Shown here piece after piece: positions 11,673 to 24,289 of a DNA stretch of 50,278 nt. The first letter of the stretch is position 1, and each line of letters opens with the position of its first letter. A program made the translations under genes and the position numbers. The stretch is from Chromera velia (taxonomy: Eukaryota). The notes under the pieces were generated by a model that searched no databases, was not told the DNA's origin, and saw only the letters and a program-made list of their open reading frames with translations. The stretch is taken from the NCBI GenBank assembly GCA_018398765.1, contig JAHBMJ010000353.1:1-50278 (forward strand). The letters run 5' to 3'.

Positions 11673-12653
11673 ATGACTCAGTCAGAGAGAAAGAAGGTAG
11701 GAGCTAGGGTAGGAGGAGAAGGGGGTGTTGCACATTCTCTCCCTTCCGATTCCGTCACTGCCCGCAACGCCCCCGCAGACCCCCACTTCCAATTCAGCTT
11801 CCTTCCCCCAGAGGGCTATCCCCTCAGGTCCACCCACCTCTTTCCTCACAAGACTGGCACATACGAATGGGAAGAGGAAGCAGAGACGGAAGGCAGGAGA
11901 AGGGAGGAGTGCAGAAACGATGTCGACAAGACACAGACACGTGTGGGTGACCTCAAGCGTCACCGGCCCGAGGGTGTCCCCACAGAGTCAGAGAAGCACT
12001 TTGGGGGAGATTGGGGGGGATGGGTGCGGGTGGAGAAGTCGTGTCGGTTGGACTCGGACCCCGCTGCTTTCCCTTTCGATTCCTTTAGAAAGGTGTGGGA
12101 TCAGACCGGTGGAGGGGGAGTGGTGGCAGGTGAGAACGCTCGCCGAGCAGGAGAAGGTGGAGAGGTGAAAGCGAAGAGGCCTGCGCGCATTCCTTGTGAG
12201 CATGACCGGATTCGTTACTACTGCAAGGATTACAGGGGGCAGGGCATTTGTGAGCATGGTAGGCAGCGTTCGTGTTGCAGAGATTGTGGGGGGAAGAACA
12301 TTTGTGAACATGGTAGGCAGCGTGCTGCATACAGAGATTGCGGAGGGAAGAACTTTTGTGAGCATGGTAGGCGACGTTACGTATGCAGGGACTGTGGAGG
12401 GAAGGGAATTTGTGAGCACGGGAGAGTTCGCCAGTCCTGCAAGGCATGTAAACAAAACCGCATTTGTGAGCACAGCAAAAATGGCAAGAAGTGCAACGAG
12501 TGTGTTGGGAATGCTTCCTGTGAACCCGCTCAGACAGATATGTGCGATCAGAACGGCCTGGCAACAGTCAGTATGTCCAGCTATGTCCAGCAGCGAATTG
12601 ACCACAAGAAGTGCGAATGGGGGGGGAGTCGGGGACCTCGGTCTCGGGCGTGA
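11673..12653 (+). CDS. Zinc-repeat ORF (CEHGRxRxxCRDCGGKxIC, about 6 units); diverged duplicate of about 9551-10350
   Basis: Starts with the same MTQSERKKVG...GGEGGVA...SDSVTARNAP...GTYEWEEEAETEGRRR block as the upstream ORF. May be the 3' part of the same decayed gene. Confidence 0.6.
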   Translation: MTQSERKKVGARVGGEGGVAHSLPSDSVTARNAPADPHFQFSFLPPEGYPLRSTHLFPHKTGTYEWEEEAETEGRRREECRNDVDKTQTRVGDLKRHRPEGVPTESEKHFGGDWGGWVRVEKSCRLDSDPAAFPFDSFRKVWDQTGGGGVVAGENARRAGEGGEVKAKRPARIPCEHDRIRYYCKDYRGQGICEHGRQRSCCRDCGGKNICEHGRQRAAYRDCGGKNFCEHGRRRYVCRDCGGKGICEHGRVRQSCKACKQNRICEHSKNGKKCNECVGNASCEPAQTDMCDQNGLATVSMSSYVQQRIDHKKCEWGGSRGPRSRA

Positions 12654-13699
12654 GGAATGCGAGGTCGCAGAGGTTCATGAGACTGGTAGCGCACTTTAAG
12701 GAAAGGACAGGTTTTGGTGTGTGGGGGGTGGAGGGGGGTGCCACTGGGCGAGTGGGTGGGTGTTAGGAGGTCTGGGGAGGAATTTGAGGTGTTATGTGTT
12801 TGAGTAGTTCTTTCAGAAACTGAGTTCTATCTCCTTCTCCGCTTTCTCATTCTGCGATGTCTGTCACTTGATCAGAGGTATCGCAAAGGAAGGGAAGGGA
12901 AGGGAAGGACACGTACGGGCAGCCACTTGCATCGAAGTAGTCGAGCTAGAGGAGAGAGGCACGTATGGAGATTCATATTTATCTTTTTGATTCTTCAGGA
13001 GCCTGTACATAGTCGCCCTACTAATATTCTGGAAGGTTGAAAAGAAATGCTGCAGGGTTGACTGGAAGGAAATGCTGAATGCTTTCGTGTTAATTGTGCT
13101 GCCAACAATCACATATCGATCATTCCAGGGAGGGGAGGAGAAGTTTGCAGGACTGCTCAATCAAGTGAAGTCATTTGAGGGGATCATATCTCCTTCCTTC
13201 TCCTTCCATGAGAGAGATGGGTCTCTTCGAGGGCCTGGGGTCCGACTGTCTGCCATTTTCTCTCCTTCCGATTAAGTCGTGCGCAGTTCTTCCTGCCTTA
13301 TCAGACATCGAACTTCCCTCCCCTCGTTCCTCATTCTTCCTTCTCGTGCATCACGTGCGTGTCTCTATGGTTGGTGGTTTTCCTCCTTTTCTCTATTATC
13401 GTTTCGTTTCTTCTTCCCCTGCTCTGCCATTTTTCTGAGTCACATAAAAACTTCTTTGTGTCTTTGTTTGCTTTACCGCGTCTCGCTGTCCACGGCATCA
13501 CGGCACGGATAATCTTCTCTTTCCTCGAGCTAGCATCTTCTCGTCCCATTACGTTCCATCCCTTCGCTTTCGTTTCAATGGACTTGAGTCATGTTCCGCC
13601 TTGTCAGTCACTTTCTTTTCATTTCAAAATGGTGAATTGCCTGTTATTAACATTTCTGCCGATTCTCAATTAATTGGCGTCTTTTTCGTCTCGATCTGG

Positions 13700-14410
13700 A
13701 GATTACTGAAATCAATGCTGCTGACATAATGTTTTGAAAATAAATCAAATTAACTGGGTGTCGTGTGTAAAAGAAATTTGCTAGGAAATTTTAGCAAGAT
13801 ACCACTTAGGGCAAATCTAGCGCTATGAAGTATGACTTGACATGAATAGTAGATGTTATGAGCTAATTATTATACATTAGTAAATTTATGTTTCTAGTTA
13901 TGTCTGTATATTTACGCATGAAAAAATAAACTCAATGACGATATTTGATAACGTATCAAATAACAGAGCTCTATAGCTTCATATTTTTTCTTCTCACCTA
14001 GCTTCTCACAGAATCTCATACAGAATCTCATCTAAAAATCCGTCTAACCGTCTCCGGCCGTCCTAGCGGCCGTCTTTAACCATGCATCTCTAGCCGTACG
14101 GTGACCCTCTGCAGTATTTATAGATTTCGTGGTCATGCGCACTGGCGGCAATAAATATATGCGGCAATAACTTTTTTTCTATCATACATTACCATACATG
14201 GATCGACGTGATATGCACGTGATCATACACGTAATTTTTCCCCATGGGAAGTACGACATATTCTGTATAGGGGCAATTAAAACAGTAAGGATATCAATAA
14301 CTGGAAACCCTCTGGCGTTTGTGTCTCAACAACTATACTAGATTATTAGTATATTATATATATAGTGTCAGAGGTTGATTGATTTAAAGTTGATCATTAT
14401 ATCAGATCAT
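13700..14410. mobile_element. AT-rich island of decayed repeat sequence
   Basis: Compositional shift with no ORFs; short repeated motifs (TCTCACAGAATCTCATACAGAATCTC; CCGTCT); AGTGTCAGA at about 14364 resembles the TIR family at 43290. Confidence 0.4.
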
Positions 14411-15954
14411 GATATTGAGTACATTAGAGTTGCATGCAAGCTTGATACATCGATCACATGACTCATTAATTGATTCATGCACAGAGGGAGAGGGTCCGAA
14501 AGACTGGTTCTGTGAAATCTGGCAGAAAATTAAGTTAAGGTCTGTATGATGAGACTGTATCGAATTCAATCCCTCCCGTTCCCCTCCGTCCCCTTCCCAC
14601 AGACTTATGAAACGGCCTCCATCCACCGTCCGGTCAGGTGAGCATTCCCCCTTTCCTCCCCGATCCCTGCTCCAGCTCAGGCAGATACACTGCTTTGGCT
14701 TCTGCCCGAGAGGAACGACCAGGGAATCACTGCTGCAAGGCCAACCTGCTGCATGCATGGCAGACAGCTAGGAGCCCTTTGTCTCTCTCATGCTTCTCTT
14801 CTCTTTCTTTGTCGCCTTTCGGTTGGCCAATGCACTGCCGTTCAGTTGAAATGAAGTTTGGCCCCTCAAGTGCTTGCATGCGTGCGTTTCAGCGTTTCTC
14901 TGCCTTTTCCCTCCCCATGTCGTCTGAGTCCTGTTCATGATGCCCATTCGTTCACTGTCCCCCCCCCCCAAACCACACAGCCATTCTCCCCCCAGGATGG
15001 AGTGGGTGCGACTGACTGACCGTCCTGACTGACCAACTGCCTTCCTGAATTCATGTCGTCGTCAGGCGGTCTGCCAGTTCTCTTTACAAGGAGTGCGTGA
15101 AAGCTGGGGGGTGAAGCTAGTCGACCAATTTTTTCGTTTGATTGAGCGCTCAGACGATGCAACCAGCGTTGCTGTGTGACATATACTTAAGCTGTGATGA
15201 GAAGAGAAAGCAGAAGAGAAGAGAAGACCGCTTAATTCAGGGGTAACTGGATAATGATGGCACAGAGAGTCCATTCATGCACCGGGATGTGTCACTCATT
15301 CTCGTCTCCCTCCTTCCTTCCATACAGAAGACAGAATCACACCACACCATGTGAAGTCAAGTTGCACGACACGTCAGAGACCTTTCCCCCCTTTCATCAC
15401 ACGAACTGCTTCTTCTCTTTTCTTTTGATCCTCCCTTGAGTCCTCCTTGACTCATTCATTCATTCTGAATCATGCAAGGCCTGTCCCCCCCCCCTCCCTT
15501 GCCCTTACCACGGTTTTTTTTCTGTTTGTTCCCTCCCCCCCTCTCCTTTGCTTTCCTGGCAGGTCTCGTGACGCTCGTCTTGCCGGAGAGAGGAAGGAGC
15601 TCTCACCACGAACTTCCACTGCTCTCTTTCTTCTCTCTTTCCTGCAAACAGTCAAAGGAGAAGGGGGGTGATCGACGCATTGAATTCAAAGAGAAAAAGC
15701 ATGCGGACGTCTTCGCTTTTCAGTGCAAAGCCCCACAAACGCAACCGAGCAGATTCGTGACTGTCAGAGAGACAACAGAAGCAAAGCGGGACGCGGGAGT
15801 CAAAAAAAGCGGGGCCTTTCTCTAACGCCGAAATTGATTTGTTTTCGTTCAGATCCAACTTTTTCGCACTTCCCCGGTACATGCACTTTCAGAGATTCAT
15901 GCAGCACTGAATTTGGGCCAACCTTTGCGTTGTTCTTTCTGTCTGTCTGTCAGT

Positions 15955-16505
15955 TTACTCCTCGACCTTTGCCTCCTCCTCCCTCAACAGCTGGAGTCCC
16001 TTGTAGAGCTTGCAGATGATCGTGGCCTCCTTGATCATCAGACGGGCAGAGGGGGAGATGTCCACTGTGCCGTCCTCACCGATCGGGGTGTGCTCTCCTC
16101 CGAGACCTCTGACAGAGAGGCCGAGAGGCTTTGCGACTGCCTTGGCCTTCTTGTCTGTGCCGTCTGCTGTGAGCTTGGGGAGCTTCACGTGCACAGAGGC
16201 GCGCATTCCTGTTCCCAGGTTGGTGGGGCAGGAGGTGACGTAGCCGTAAGAGGGGGAGCGTGCGAACTCACCGACCTTGGACTCCACAAGGAGCTGCACG
16301 CACGAACGCACGAAAGCAGACACAGACAGGCAGACGATGTTTTTCTTTCTCTTCTTTCCTTTTTTGAACAAGCTGTTTCATGACAGAAATCTGGCCAGCC
16401 AAAGAAGGGGCAAGAGAATATCAATTTTTTTTGGCGAACGGAAAAAATCAGCATCATGAATGTCCCTGGGGAAGAATTCAGCACATTCGCAAACACACAC
16501 ATGCG

Positions 16506-16578
<73 letters not shown>

Positions 16579-18000
16579 GTCCTCACGAATACGTCTGCCT
16601 CATTCGCGATACTTTCATCTTCCTTGCGTTGCTTCCACGTCACGAGACCACCAAAGGCCGTCAAGCAATGGCTGTGACGCTGCCCCTTCCCCTCCGCTTC
16701 CCCCCCCTAGTCAGTTCCTTTTCTTCCTCAATGAGAGTGTGTGGCTCTGTTGGTGTGACGCAACTGCCCTCTCATCCATGCAACACCAGGGGGGTGATCC
16801 GACCAGGAACGTTCCCCATGAACTCTGTCTTGTTCACTGACTGACTGAGTACCTCAGAACAACAACAGGAAAGAATACAAACAAAGTGACTGACCTTCTC
16901 CACCCTGTCGAGAGCGGCACGGAGACGGTCGAAGACGTCGTTGAGGATGAAGGAGGTCTTCATGCACATGATGCGGAGATGGTCCTCCTCTCCCACCCAC
17001 ACAATGAAGCCCTTGTCCTCAGCCACGTAGCACCCTCTGCCATGGGGCCAGTGCTTGGCAATGCCTGCAGACATGAGGTAGTGGTCTGCAGACATGTCCT
17101 TGAACATAATGTGGGCCTTGACGAGCTCGTTGTACTTGTTGTCGTCAATGGAGTACTTGTTTCCGGGGGTGAGGGAGTGGTAGGTGCCTCCGTAGTTGTG
17201 GTCCTTGATCAATTCCTCAAACACCCCAATCATCTTCTGCTCCATCTTGACTCTATCGTCCTGAGTCATGGCACCGGGGAGGGGGAAAGTCGAGAGGTTC
17301 CTTCCCACACGCACACGCATGGAAAGGGGCTGGTCATCGGGAATGCCGATATTGCGGACGTCCAACTTTCCGTCTGCGGGGATTCCCTCGGCGTCTTCGG
17401 CATCCTTAAGCTCCCAGCTGCTGACGTGCTTCACCTCACCGCTGATTTTGTGGTAAGCCTTGATGCACTCATCAAAGTATTTCTTGAAGTCGTCGTAGTC
17501 GGTGGGCTGCATTGCATACCTGCGACCATCCCGAGCGTACAAAGAAGAGAGAGAATGCGTCTTTGAGACCGTTGACAATCATCTGCGTGTCTTAGGTGCC
17601 TTCCACAAACAGCAAGAACGTCAGTCAATGGAGGTGCTCATCAGAGATTGAGACAGAGCACAAACATGTACATGAATAAGCATGCAAGACAGACACCCTG
17701 CTCAGACAGGACCAGCATTCGTGGAGCTGTCAGACAGAGACCAAAAATGATGCATTGACATGGATCAGCAGGACAAAGGACGCACAGACAAATCAACAGC
17801 ACCCAGGTAGGCGGGTAGGCGGACCAACAGAAACAGACACGCTGACAGACTGGTGCGCCACACCCAGAAGCGAGACACAGAGGTGCAGACAGGCGGGCGA
17901 ACAAGCATGCAGGCACGTAGCTACACACGGAGGACAAGTCCCCACCACACATGCATTCAAAAAGAGGACGCTAACGTCGAAACGAACACACACGCACGCG

Positions 18001-18072
<72 letters not shown>

Positions 18073-19471
18073 TATACAGAGAAAGAGGGCACTGAAAAAG
18101 ACGCTCGACAAAACAAGCTGCCGAGGGGGAGAGGGCGGGTTGCTGTTTTTTTGACGGTAAGCAGGCATACAGACAGAGAGACCCACCCACAGACAGTAAG
18201 GGAGAGCAGACTGAGTGACTGACTGACATGCCCATTCCGGAGTCGGGGTTCTCAGCGCCCGACCGGACGATCTGGAGGAGTCCGAGTTGTTTCAGCTGGT
18301 TCTGGGATGTGAAGTATCCGAGATCCCAGTACTTTGCCATCAGGTTATCGGGCTGCAGAGACCAACAGAGGAGAGAAAGTGAAAAGAGGCAATAAAGAAA
18401 AGAATAGCCACCAGGGTGCACATGTGCTACGAACAAACACCGGTTTTGGATGGGATGAAGCAAACCCGGAAACGAGGAAGCAGGGGGAAGGCAGAAACAA
18501 GCAAAAATGTGCGGAAGAAAGGGAGAAAAGAAGCGGGAAAGAATGGAGTGAAGCCGTGGGGAATTTGTGTGAAGAGGGGAAGCAAGAAACAGGGAAGGGC
18601 GGGAAGGGGGCAAGAGGAAGGCAGGGAGAACATAGGAGAACAGGGGAGGGCAGGGACTCTAAGTAGACAGGTGTGGGCTAAACAGGGGAACAGTGAGTGG
18701 GAAAGGCATGTGGGGGAGTGGGGAGGTATAGGAGCCGAGAAAGGAATCTTTCGCGGAGATAGAAGGGACTGCCGGCGGCATTTTTGAGGATAGGCAGGAA
18801 GGAGAAGCCGGTAAAGAAGATGCGACGGGAGCAACACGAGAGGTAAGGAGGAAAAGGAAGGGCACAATGGCGAGGAAAAGTCGATCAGAGAAGACGGAAG
18901 GTCAGGGACAGGATTTCGGGGGGGAGCACGGTGTCACGGGAGAAGACATAGACAAGCAAAGAGGCCTGGAGGGAGGAGGAGGAAGGCAGTGAGCACAGAC
19001 AAAGGTGAAGAAGAGAGATCAGCAACCCGAGGAAGGTGAAGGGTAGAAGAATGCGCCCATCACCAAACAACATGGCGAGAAGTGTAGGTAAGTAAATTCG
19101 GATGTACATGTATCAAAACTGGGACTTACGTTCAAGTGTTTTGCCGCTGAAGGACACATTGCGACCATCGCCAGATGCAAGCAAGCACAGCAAAGAGCAA
19201 TGAAAGCACGTTATACATTGACCACTTCATCACCAGGCCAAGGGTGTTCCTCACAACAGCGGTCGTGCACGTGGCTACTGTATCTTGAATACTGACCCTC
19301 AATCTTTGCCAGAATGGAGGGGGCTGCCTTGGCGAGTTCTGCCATTGCCTTCACATCAATGGAAGGGACGTTGGGAACGGCTGCTGCGGCCTGCGCAGCA
19401 AGGGCACTGGGGTCCGGCATGCCGCCAGCCTTGGCGGCCTCCATGGTCTTGTTGGAAGAGCAGTTTCCCAT
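15955..19471 (-). CDS. AK: Arginine kinase (ATP:guanido phosphotransferase); exons 19471-19297, 19146-19130, 18352-18228, 17519-16895, 16293-15955
   Basis: All introns GT-AG and in frame: MGNCSS...KIE|AAKHLN|PDNLMAKYWD...SGAENPDSGMG|MYAMQP...SMRVRVGRNL...WPHGRG...VWVGEEDHLRIMCM...|GYVTSCPTNLGTGMRASVH...VRGLGGEH...DISPSARL. Stop TAA. Substrate (Arg) is inferred. Confidence 0.95.
16492..16577. repeat. (CA)n(GA)n compound microsatellite in kinase intron
   Basis: Visible directly; a similar compound repeat lies at about 17985-18068. Confidence 0.95.
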
Positions 19472-20436
19472 TTTGAGATAGAGAGGGTGTCTGTATGCAC
19501 GTGTACGTGAAGACTGTAGTGTTGTGTCGGAAAGAGAACTTGAAAGGATGCAGCTTGAAGCGATTCCAGAACAGGATTAAATAAGCTTCTGCCAGTGTGA
19601 GCGGAGGGGGAAAGTATGAAACAGGGAACGCCACGTATAGGTAAGAAGACTCAACCACAGAACAGGTGAGGACGGACGCGTGCGCCTGTGTACGTACGCG
19701 TGCGTCAGACCTTCATCTGTTGCGCAGACTGAAAGATGCACACAGGCCCCGGCACGACAAACTTCGGGATACACGCCTTGTATATTGGTGAGTGCCTTAA
19801 ATGTCAAGGAAGACAATTTCGTCTGGGACACTAAATTTATAGTTTAATTATAGTTTGGTCGGGGTGCGCCTGTGCGCCGGGTACGCCAAACATGGCCAGC
19901 CCCCCCACTAGTATGTAATTTGCATATATATTGCTTTCTGGGGCCTCTGTAAAGTGACAAGCCTGCATGGGCCCCCATGGGCCCCCTGCCGCGCAAAAAC
20001 ATACATTTCAACCTGTAGAAAGAGCCCCGGCAGGTTGGAAAGTACTGCCCTCTGAGGAAGCTGAAGTACGATAATCCACTTTCCGGCCATCGCAGGAACG
20101 CATGCAACCTTAATTTGTCGGACGATATATATATGGACGGTCCCGAAAGGCGGTTGTACGGTGTAAAATCGGTGACCTCCTGCTTTCTGGGACCCAGGAG
20201 ACGGTGGCAGCGCGGGGCCGAAGGCCGCTCAAGAAGGAGACGGAAAGGAACTCGACTGAGCGATATACTGGAAGAGTGCTATACGCTTGTGTACCTTCTC
20301 TTCCACCTTCCTGCAAACCCTCAAACCTCTCCAGCAATACTCTTACACCAAGGCCAAGGACTATTTTTCTTCTAAAAGAAGACAGAAAGCTTTCCAAATT
20401 GAACATCCGCCTCATTCGTCTTCTTTTCATCTCAAA

Positions 20437-20946
20437 ATGAAGTTTGCAGCTCTTGCCGCCGTCCTTGGTCTTGTCTCCACCAAAGCTTTCGTCGCTCCCG
20501 GCACCGGAATTCTCGGAGCACAGAGACGCCGCGCAGACTGCCAGCGTGCTGTGATGAAGGCCACCGATGCCAGCGAGGAGGAGGCCGACTGGGCATGCGG
20601 CCTCGGTGCCAGGGCTGTGGACATTGCCGCCAAGACTCTCCCCCTGGCAGTCGCTGCTCTCGCCCCCGCCTCAGCTTTTGCCGAGGGAGACCCCGAGCTT
20701 GGTGAGCTTGTCTTCTCTGGCAACTGCGCTGCCTGCCATGCTGGAGGCAACAACGTTGTCAAGACCGAGAAGACCCTCAAGAAGGCCGCACTTGACGAGA
20801 ACGGAATGAACTCATTCGACAAGGTCGTCTACCAGGTCACCAACGGAAAGAACGCCATGCCCGCCTTTGGAGGACGTCTTTCTGAGGATGACATCCAGAA
20901 CGTTGCCTCTTTCGTTCTTGACCAGGCCAACGGCAACAAGTGGTAA
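20437..20946 (+). CDS. petJ: Cytochrome c6, nucleus-encoded, targeted to the plastid thylakoid lumen; intronless
   Basis: Signal peptide MKFAALAAVLGLVSTKA-F, transit region, lumenal signal ending ASAFA, then mature EGDPELGELVFSGNCAACHAGGNN...KTLKK...YQVTNGKNAMPAFGGRLSEDDIQNVASFVLDQA (CxxCH and Met ligand). Confidence 0.97.
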   Translation: MKFAALAAVLGLVSTKAFVAPGTGILGAQRRRADCQRAVMKATDASEEEADWACGLGARAVDIAAKTLPLAVAALAPASAFAEGDPELGELVFSGNCAACHAGGNNVVKTEKTLKKAALDENGMNSFDKVVYQVTNGKNAMPAFGGRLSEDDIQNVASFVLDQANGNKW

Positions 20947-21779
20947 ACGGCTCGCTAGCTCGTCGGGGAGTCTTCCGACGTTCTGACAGACTGACTTTTT
21001 CTGTCTGCAGTAGCTGCGCCTTGCCTTGGCTATGCCTCCCACCGGGGTTCCCTTGTCTTTTCTTCTGTTCACGCGGAGAATCGGGATGGAACCAGGCCTC
21101 TCCCAGGGCGCCTTTTGGTGCCGGAACGAAAGAGAGAGGAAACTGAAGAAGGCACGACGACTTGACTTTTTAGTAGTTGACTCATGATGTTGTGATGGCA
21201 GCGTTGTGAGAATAGTGGGGACAAAAGTTGCGCGTGCAAGCGCACAGATGTCTTGATTCAGAATGACCCTTTTAGACTGGGGAAGAAATGGGATGATGTA
21301 GTTGTTTGGTGTCGTCGGTGCAAATTTCAAATTCGTTGTTTGATTGACTGGCTTAGAACTAACACACCTCGCCTCTTTTGTAATCTGTTGCGCGGTTTCA
21401 AGGGGTTGGGGATCATGGTGTCTCAATCAGATTTTTGTCTGTGCCTCTTTATTCCCCTCTTTCTCTTTCTCTTTCTCTTTTGTCGCCTCCTTGATCACCC
21501 TTTCCGCCTCTTGCTGTGTCTGTGTGATTTTACGTCTGTCCTTCACTGTCTGTGAGGGGGTCTCAAACATCAGTCTGATGGTGTTCTGCGTATGTGTTTC
21601 TGTCAGTCTCTGTGTATCAGTGTCGCGTCTATCTCTTTCTGTGTGCTTTGTTGGAAAAGTGGAGCTGCAGGGCTTCGGATCTTCTCAGCCCCTCGGACTC
21701 ACTCCTTCTCAGCTTTCACGCGCACACTTCTCTCTCTCTCCCTCCCCTCTCTCACTCTCTCACTCCCTCCCTGCATCGT

Positions 21780-21813
21780 GTGTGCGCGTGTGCGTGCGAG
21801 TATGAGAGCTGTA

Positions 21814-21847
<34 letters not shown>

Positions 21848-22050
21848 CGCGCGTGCGTGTGCGTGTGCGTGTGCGTGTGCGTGTGCGTGCGTGCGTGCGT
21901 GCGTGTGTGTGGGTGGGTGGGTGCGTGCGTGCGTGCGTGCGTGCGGGTGCGTGCGTGCGTGCGGGTGCGTGCGTGCGTGCGTGCGTGTGTGTGTGTGTGT
22001 GGGTGGGTGTGTGGGTGTGTGTGTCTGGGTGTGTGTGTGGGGGTGTGTGC
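21780..22050. repeat. (GT)n/(GC)n/(GCGT)n compound microsatellite
   Basis: Alternating purine-pyrimidine tract visible directly. Confidence 0.95.
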
Positions 22051-22791
22051 TCGTCATGGTTTACGTAGCGATGTAGTGTGGTCTAGTGTGTGGTTCCCTC
22101 CCTTTGTATGAACTATAGTGTGTGAATCATCGCTTCCTTCATCTGAGTCTCCTTGTGAGTCCTGTTTCCCCTTCATCTGACTCGGAGTCATCCCCGTTTT
22201 TGTGTTTGCTAGTGTGTTTTTTCCTAGGTTTCTACCTAGGTTTTTTCTCTAGTCCCAGCTCTAGTCTAGTCTCTAGCAGAATCTCTATTTTGAGGCTATA
22301 TATATATATATATATTTGACTGGCTATGTCAAATAGTATATTTCTAAATTAGGTGTTACAATAAAAAAAAAGTATTGATTTTTTTATAAGGCTTTTTTTT
22401 TTCTGGAGCAACTACGCTACTTTAGGCTAGTTGTAATATTAATTACCATAATCAATTGACAATTAAATTATGATAGGATAGGATAAGTTACTGTTACCGC
22501 ATGATATCGATATGTTATATATGTACTATACGGTCAGGAGTAATCAAGTAAGGTTAGTTACGGATTTAATGTGGAACTTGAATGACTGCCAAGCTGCGAG
22601 GTAACCAGAATACGGGTAAATACACCGTTTAATACAGGTAAATATAGGACTATCTGAGATCGCCCCAGCAGCACATCTCTTCACAACAGTCTTCGAAAAC
22701 TGCTTCCCGCTTCGAAAAAGGTGGCGTCTTCACCAAGTTCTGGTCATTCAAAAATTTTGGCAACTTACCGTCTCCAACCAATTCCTTTCCA

Positions 22792-23418
22792 ATGTCGACT
22801 AAACTCTCTGAAGATCCCCGACAAAAATGGGTTGCAGCTTTCAAGGCTGGTGCAAGAGAAGCTGTTGATGAAGGAATTGACTCTCTTTCCAAAGATGTGA
22901 GTGATCTGCAGGTAACGCAGCAGACGTACATGTCTCAACTTACTTCTCAGAATGATCGTCTAACCTTTCTTGAGAGCCGATTTGATAAGCTTCTTAAAAA
23001 GACAAAGAGACGACAGAACACGAACCGTAGAGTCCTCTTAGGCTTTGATCTCCTCCCCGGTTACTCACAGTCCGAGCGTTTCAGTGAAGACAAAGCTCTT
23101 TTCCATGACCCTGGCTCTGAATTCTGGATGTTATTGAAGATGGACGTCTTCACTCATGCTCGAGGAACCTGGGAGGAATTTTAGCCCAGGCATAACATTG
23201 TTGACACATATTCTTACCCAAACGGCACAGTGCTTAAGTTCCTCGACAAGAGACGCGCTCAGAAGTTTTCTTCTCTGTTTCAGCCGCAGGGTTTCCATGG
23301 AGAGATTATTGCAAACGGGGTGACCGTTGTTTCTTTCATGGTGAGACTAGCGAAGACAAAAGCCCAGCTTGCTGCAGCAAAAGAGCGACGCGAAGCTTCT
23401 CAGTCTGCCCTGCCCTAA
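22792..23418 (+). pseudogene. Coiled-coil protein, possibly non-LTR retrotransposon ORF1-like; one internal TAG
   Basis: Heptad region (LSKDVSDLQ...LTFLESRFDKL) followed by KRRQNTNRRVLLG, recalling the L1 ORF1 coil-RRM junction. TAG at 23182-23184 lies between two same-frame ORFs. Intronless, flanked by AT-rich repeats. Family assignment is tentative. Confidence 0.4.
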
Positions 23419-24289
23419 AAGAAGTCACCCCTCCTGTCTTCTGCTCCTTCCCACCCTCCAGTACCAAAGCAACCTGCGTTCCCAACCAAAACAGCTCCCG
23501 TCTTCCAGGCCGCCTCGGCTACTTCGGCAGGCCTCCCTTCCGGCCATGCTTTAGAATCTTTCCCGATCCCCATTTTAGCGAACGATGAAACACCGCCTCC
23601 AAGGGTTAGCTACTGTTCAGAGCTGCCACTTGCTCCCATAGTATTCAGACCTCCGCAGCCTCGATTCTGAGACCGGGATCAGCCTAGTCCAGTGATGCCG
23701 GTCCAATCTGTGGGTGGTGTCCCTTCGGTATCAACCCAATCGGCGGCGGGGTTTGGGAAGAGACAATTAATTAAAACATGCACACGTCTCAAACTTTGAG
23801 GCCTCTCACGGGGAAGAGAGGTGCCGATGCTCCGCAGACGGAACTGAGGGCGGGACTGTTTGTCAAAGAAAGAAACCATGCAGAAGGGGGAGAAGACAGT
23901 AGACGGACAAACAAGAAGAAGAAAAAGAAGAAAGGAGAATCTGATGGAGGGCTGGAAAAGGAGAAAGCGGGGGGCTGATAAGAAAAACAAGTTAAAAAAG
24001 TCTCCCCCTCTCTATCGTTGGAAGAGGAAGGAATTGTTTTAAGTAGAAAAGGGGAATTATGGTTAACATAAGTTAAAAAGGGGGGGCTGGCTCTAGGTTG
24101 GGCTTTTACGGTTTATGTTTGTCTCTCGTTTTCTGGTTTTGAATGTTTTTTAACCAAGAAAAACACGTATGCTGAAAAAGGAACGTGAGGTAATGGGGAG
24201 ATCTACAGATTGAAGACTATAATTTGAGGTGGTTTATCCTTCGGGGGGAGAAGGCTGGTGAAAGGTTTATGTGCTGCATTATAATGTTT

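Larger units (their letters stand above)
8762..12653 (+). pseudogene. CBM20 starch-binding domain + CEHGR-type Cys/His zinc repeats + ApiAP2 domain + second zinc-repeat block; several premature stops
   Basis: VLVVGECPELGGWELNGALSL..P*GRPWW is CBM20-like, with TGA at 8894-8896 in frame with ORF 8924-10915. Repeats CEHGRRRRxCKECGGKxI at about 10080-10350. Intron 10868-10962 joins in phase 0 to the AP2 exon. TAG at 11332 and about 11428, a frame change, TGA at 11649, then ORF 11673-12653. Confidence 0.75.

Noticed and set aside
12700..15900. Many short ORFs between the zinc-repeat gene and the kinase
   Set aside because: No recognisable motifs or consistent exon chain; likely UTR, intergenic and repeat DNA.
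20287..20436. N-terminal extension of the petJ ORF
   Set aside because: Starts at a non-ATG codon; ATG 20437 has an AAA context and begins the signal peptide.
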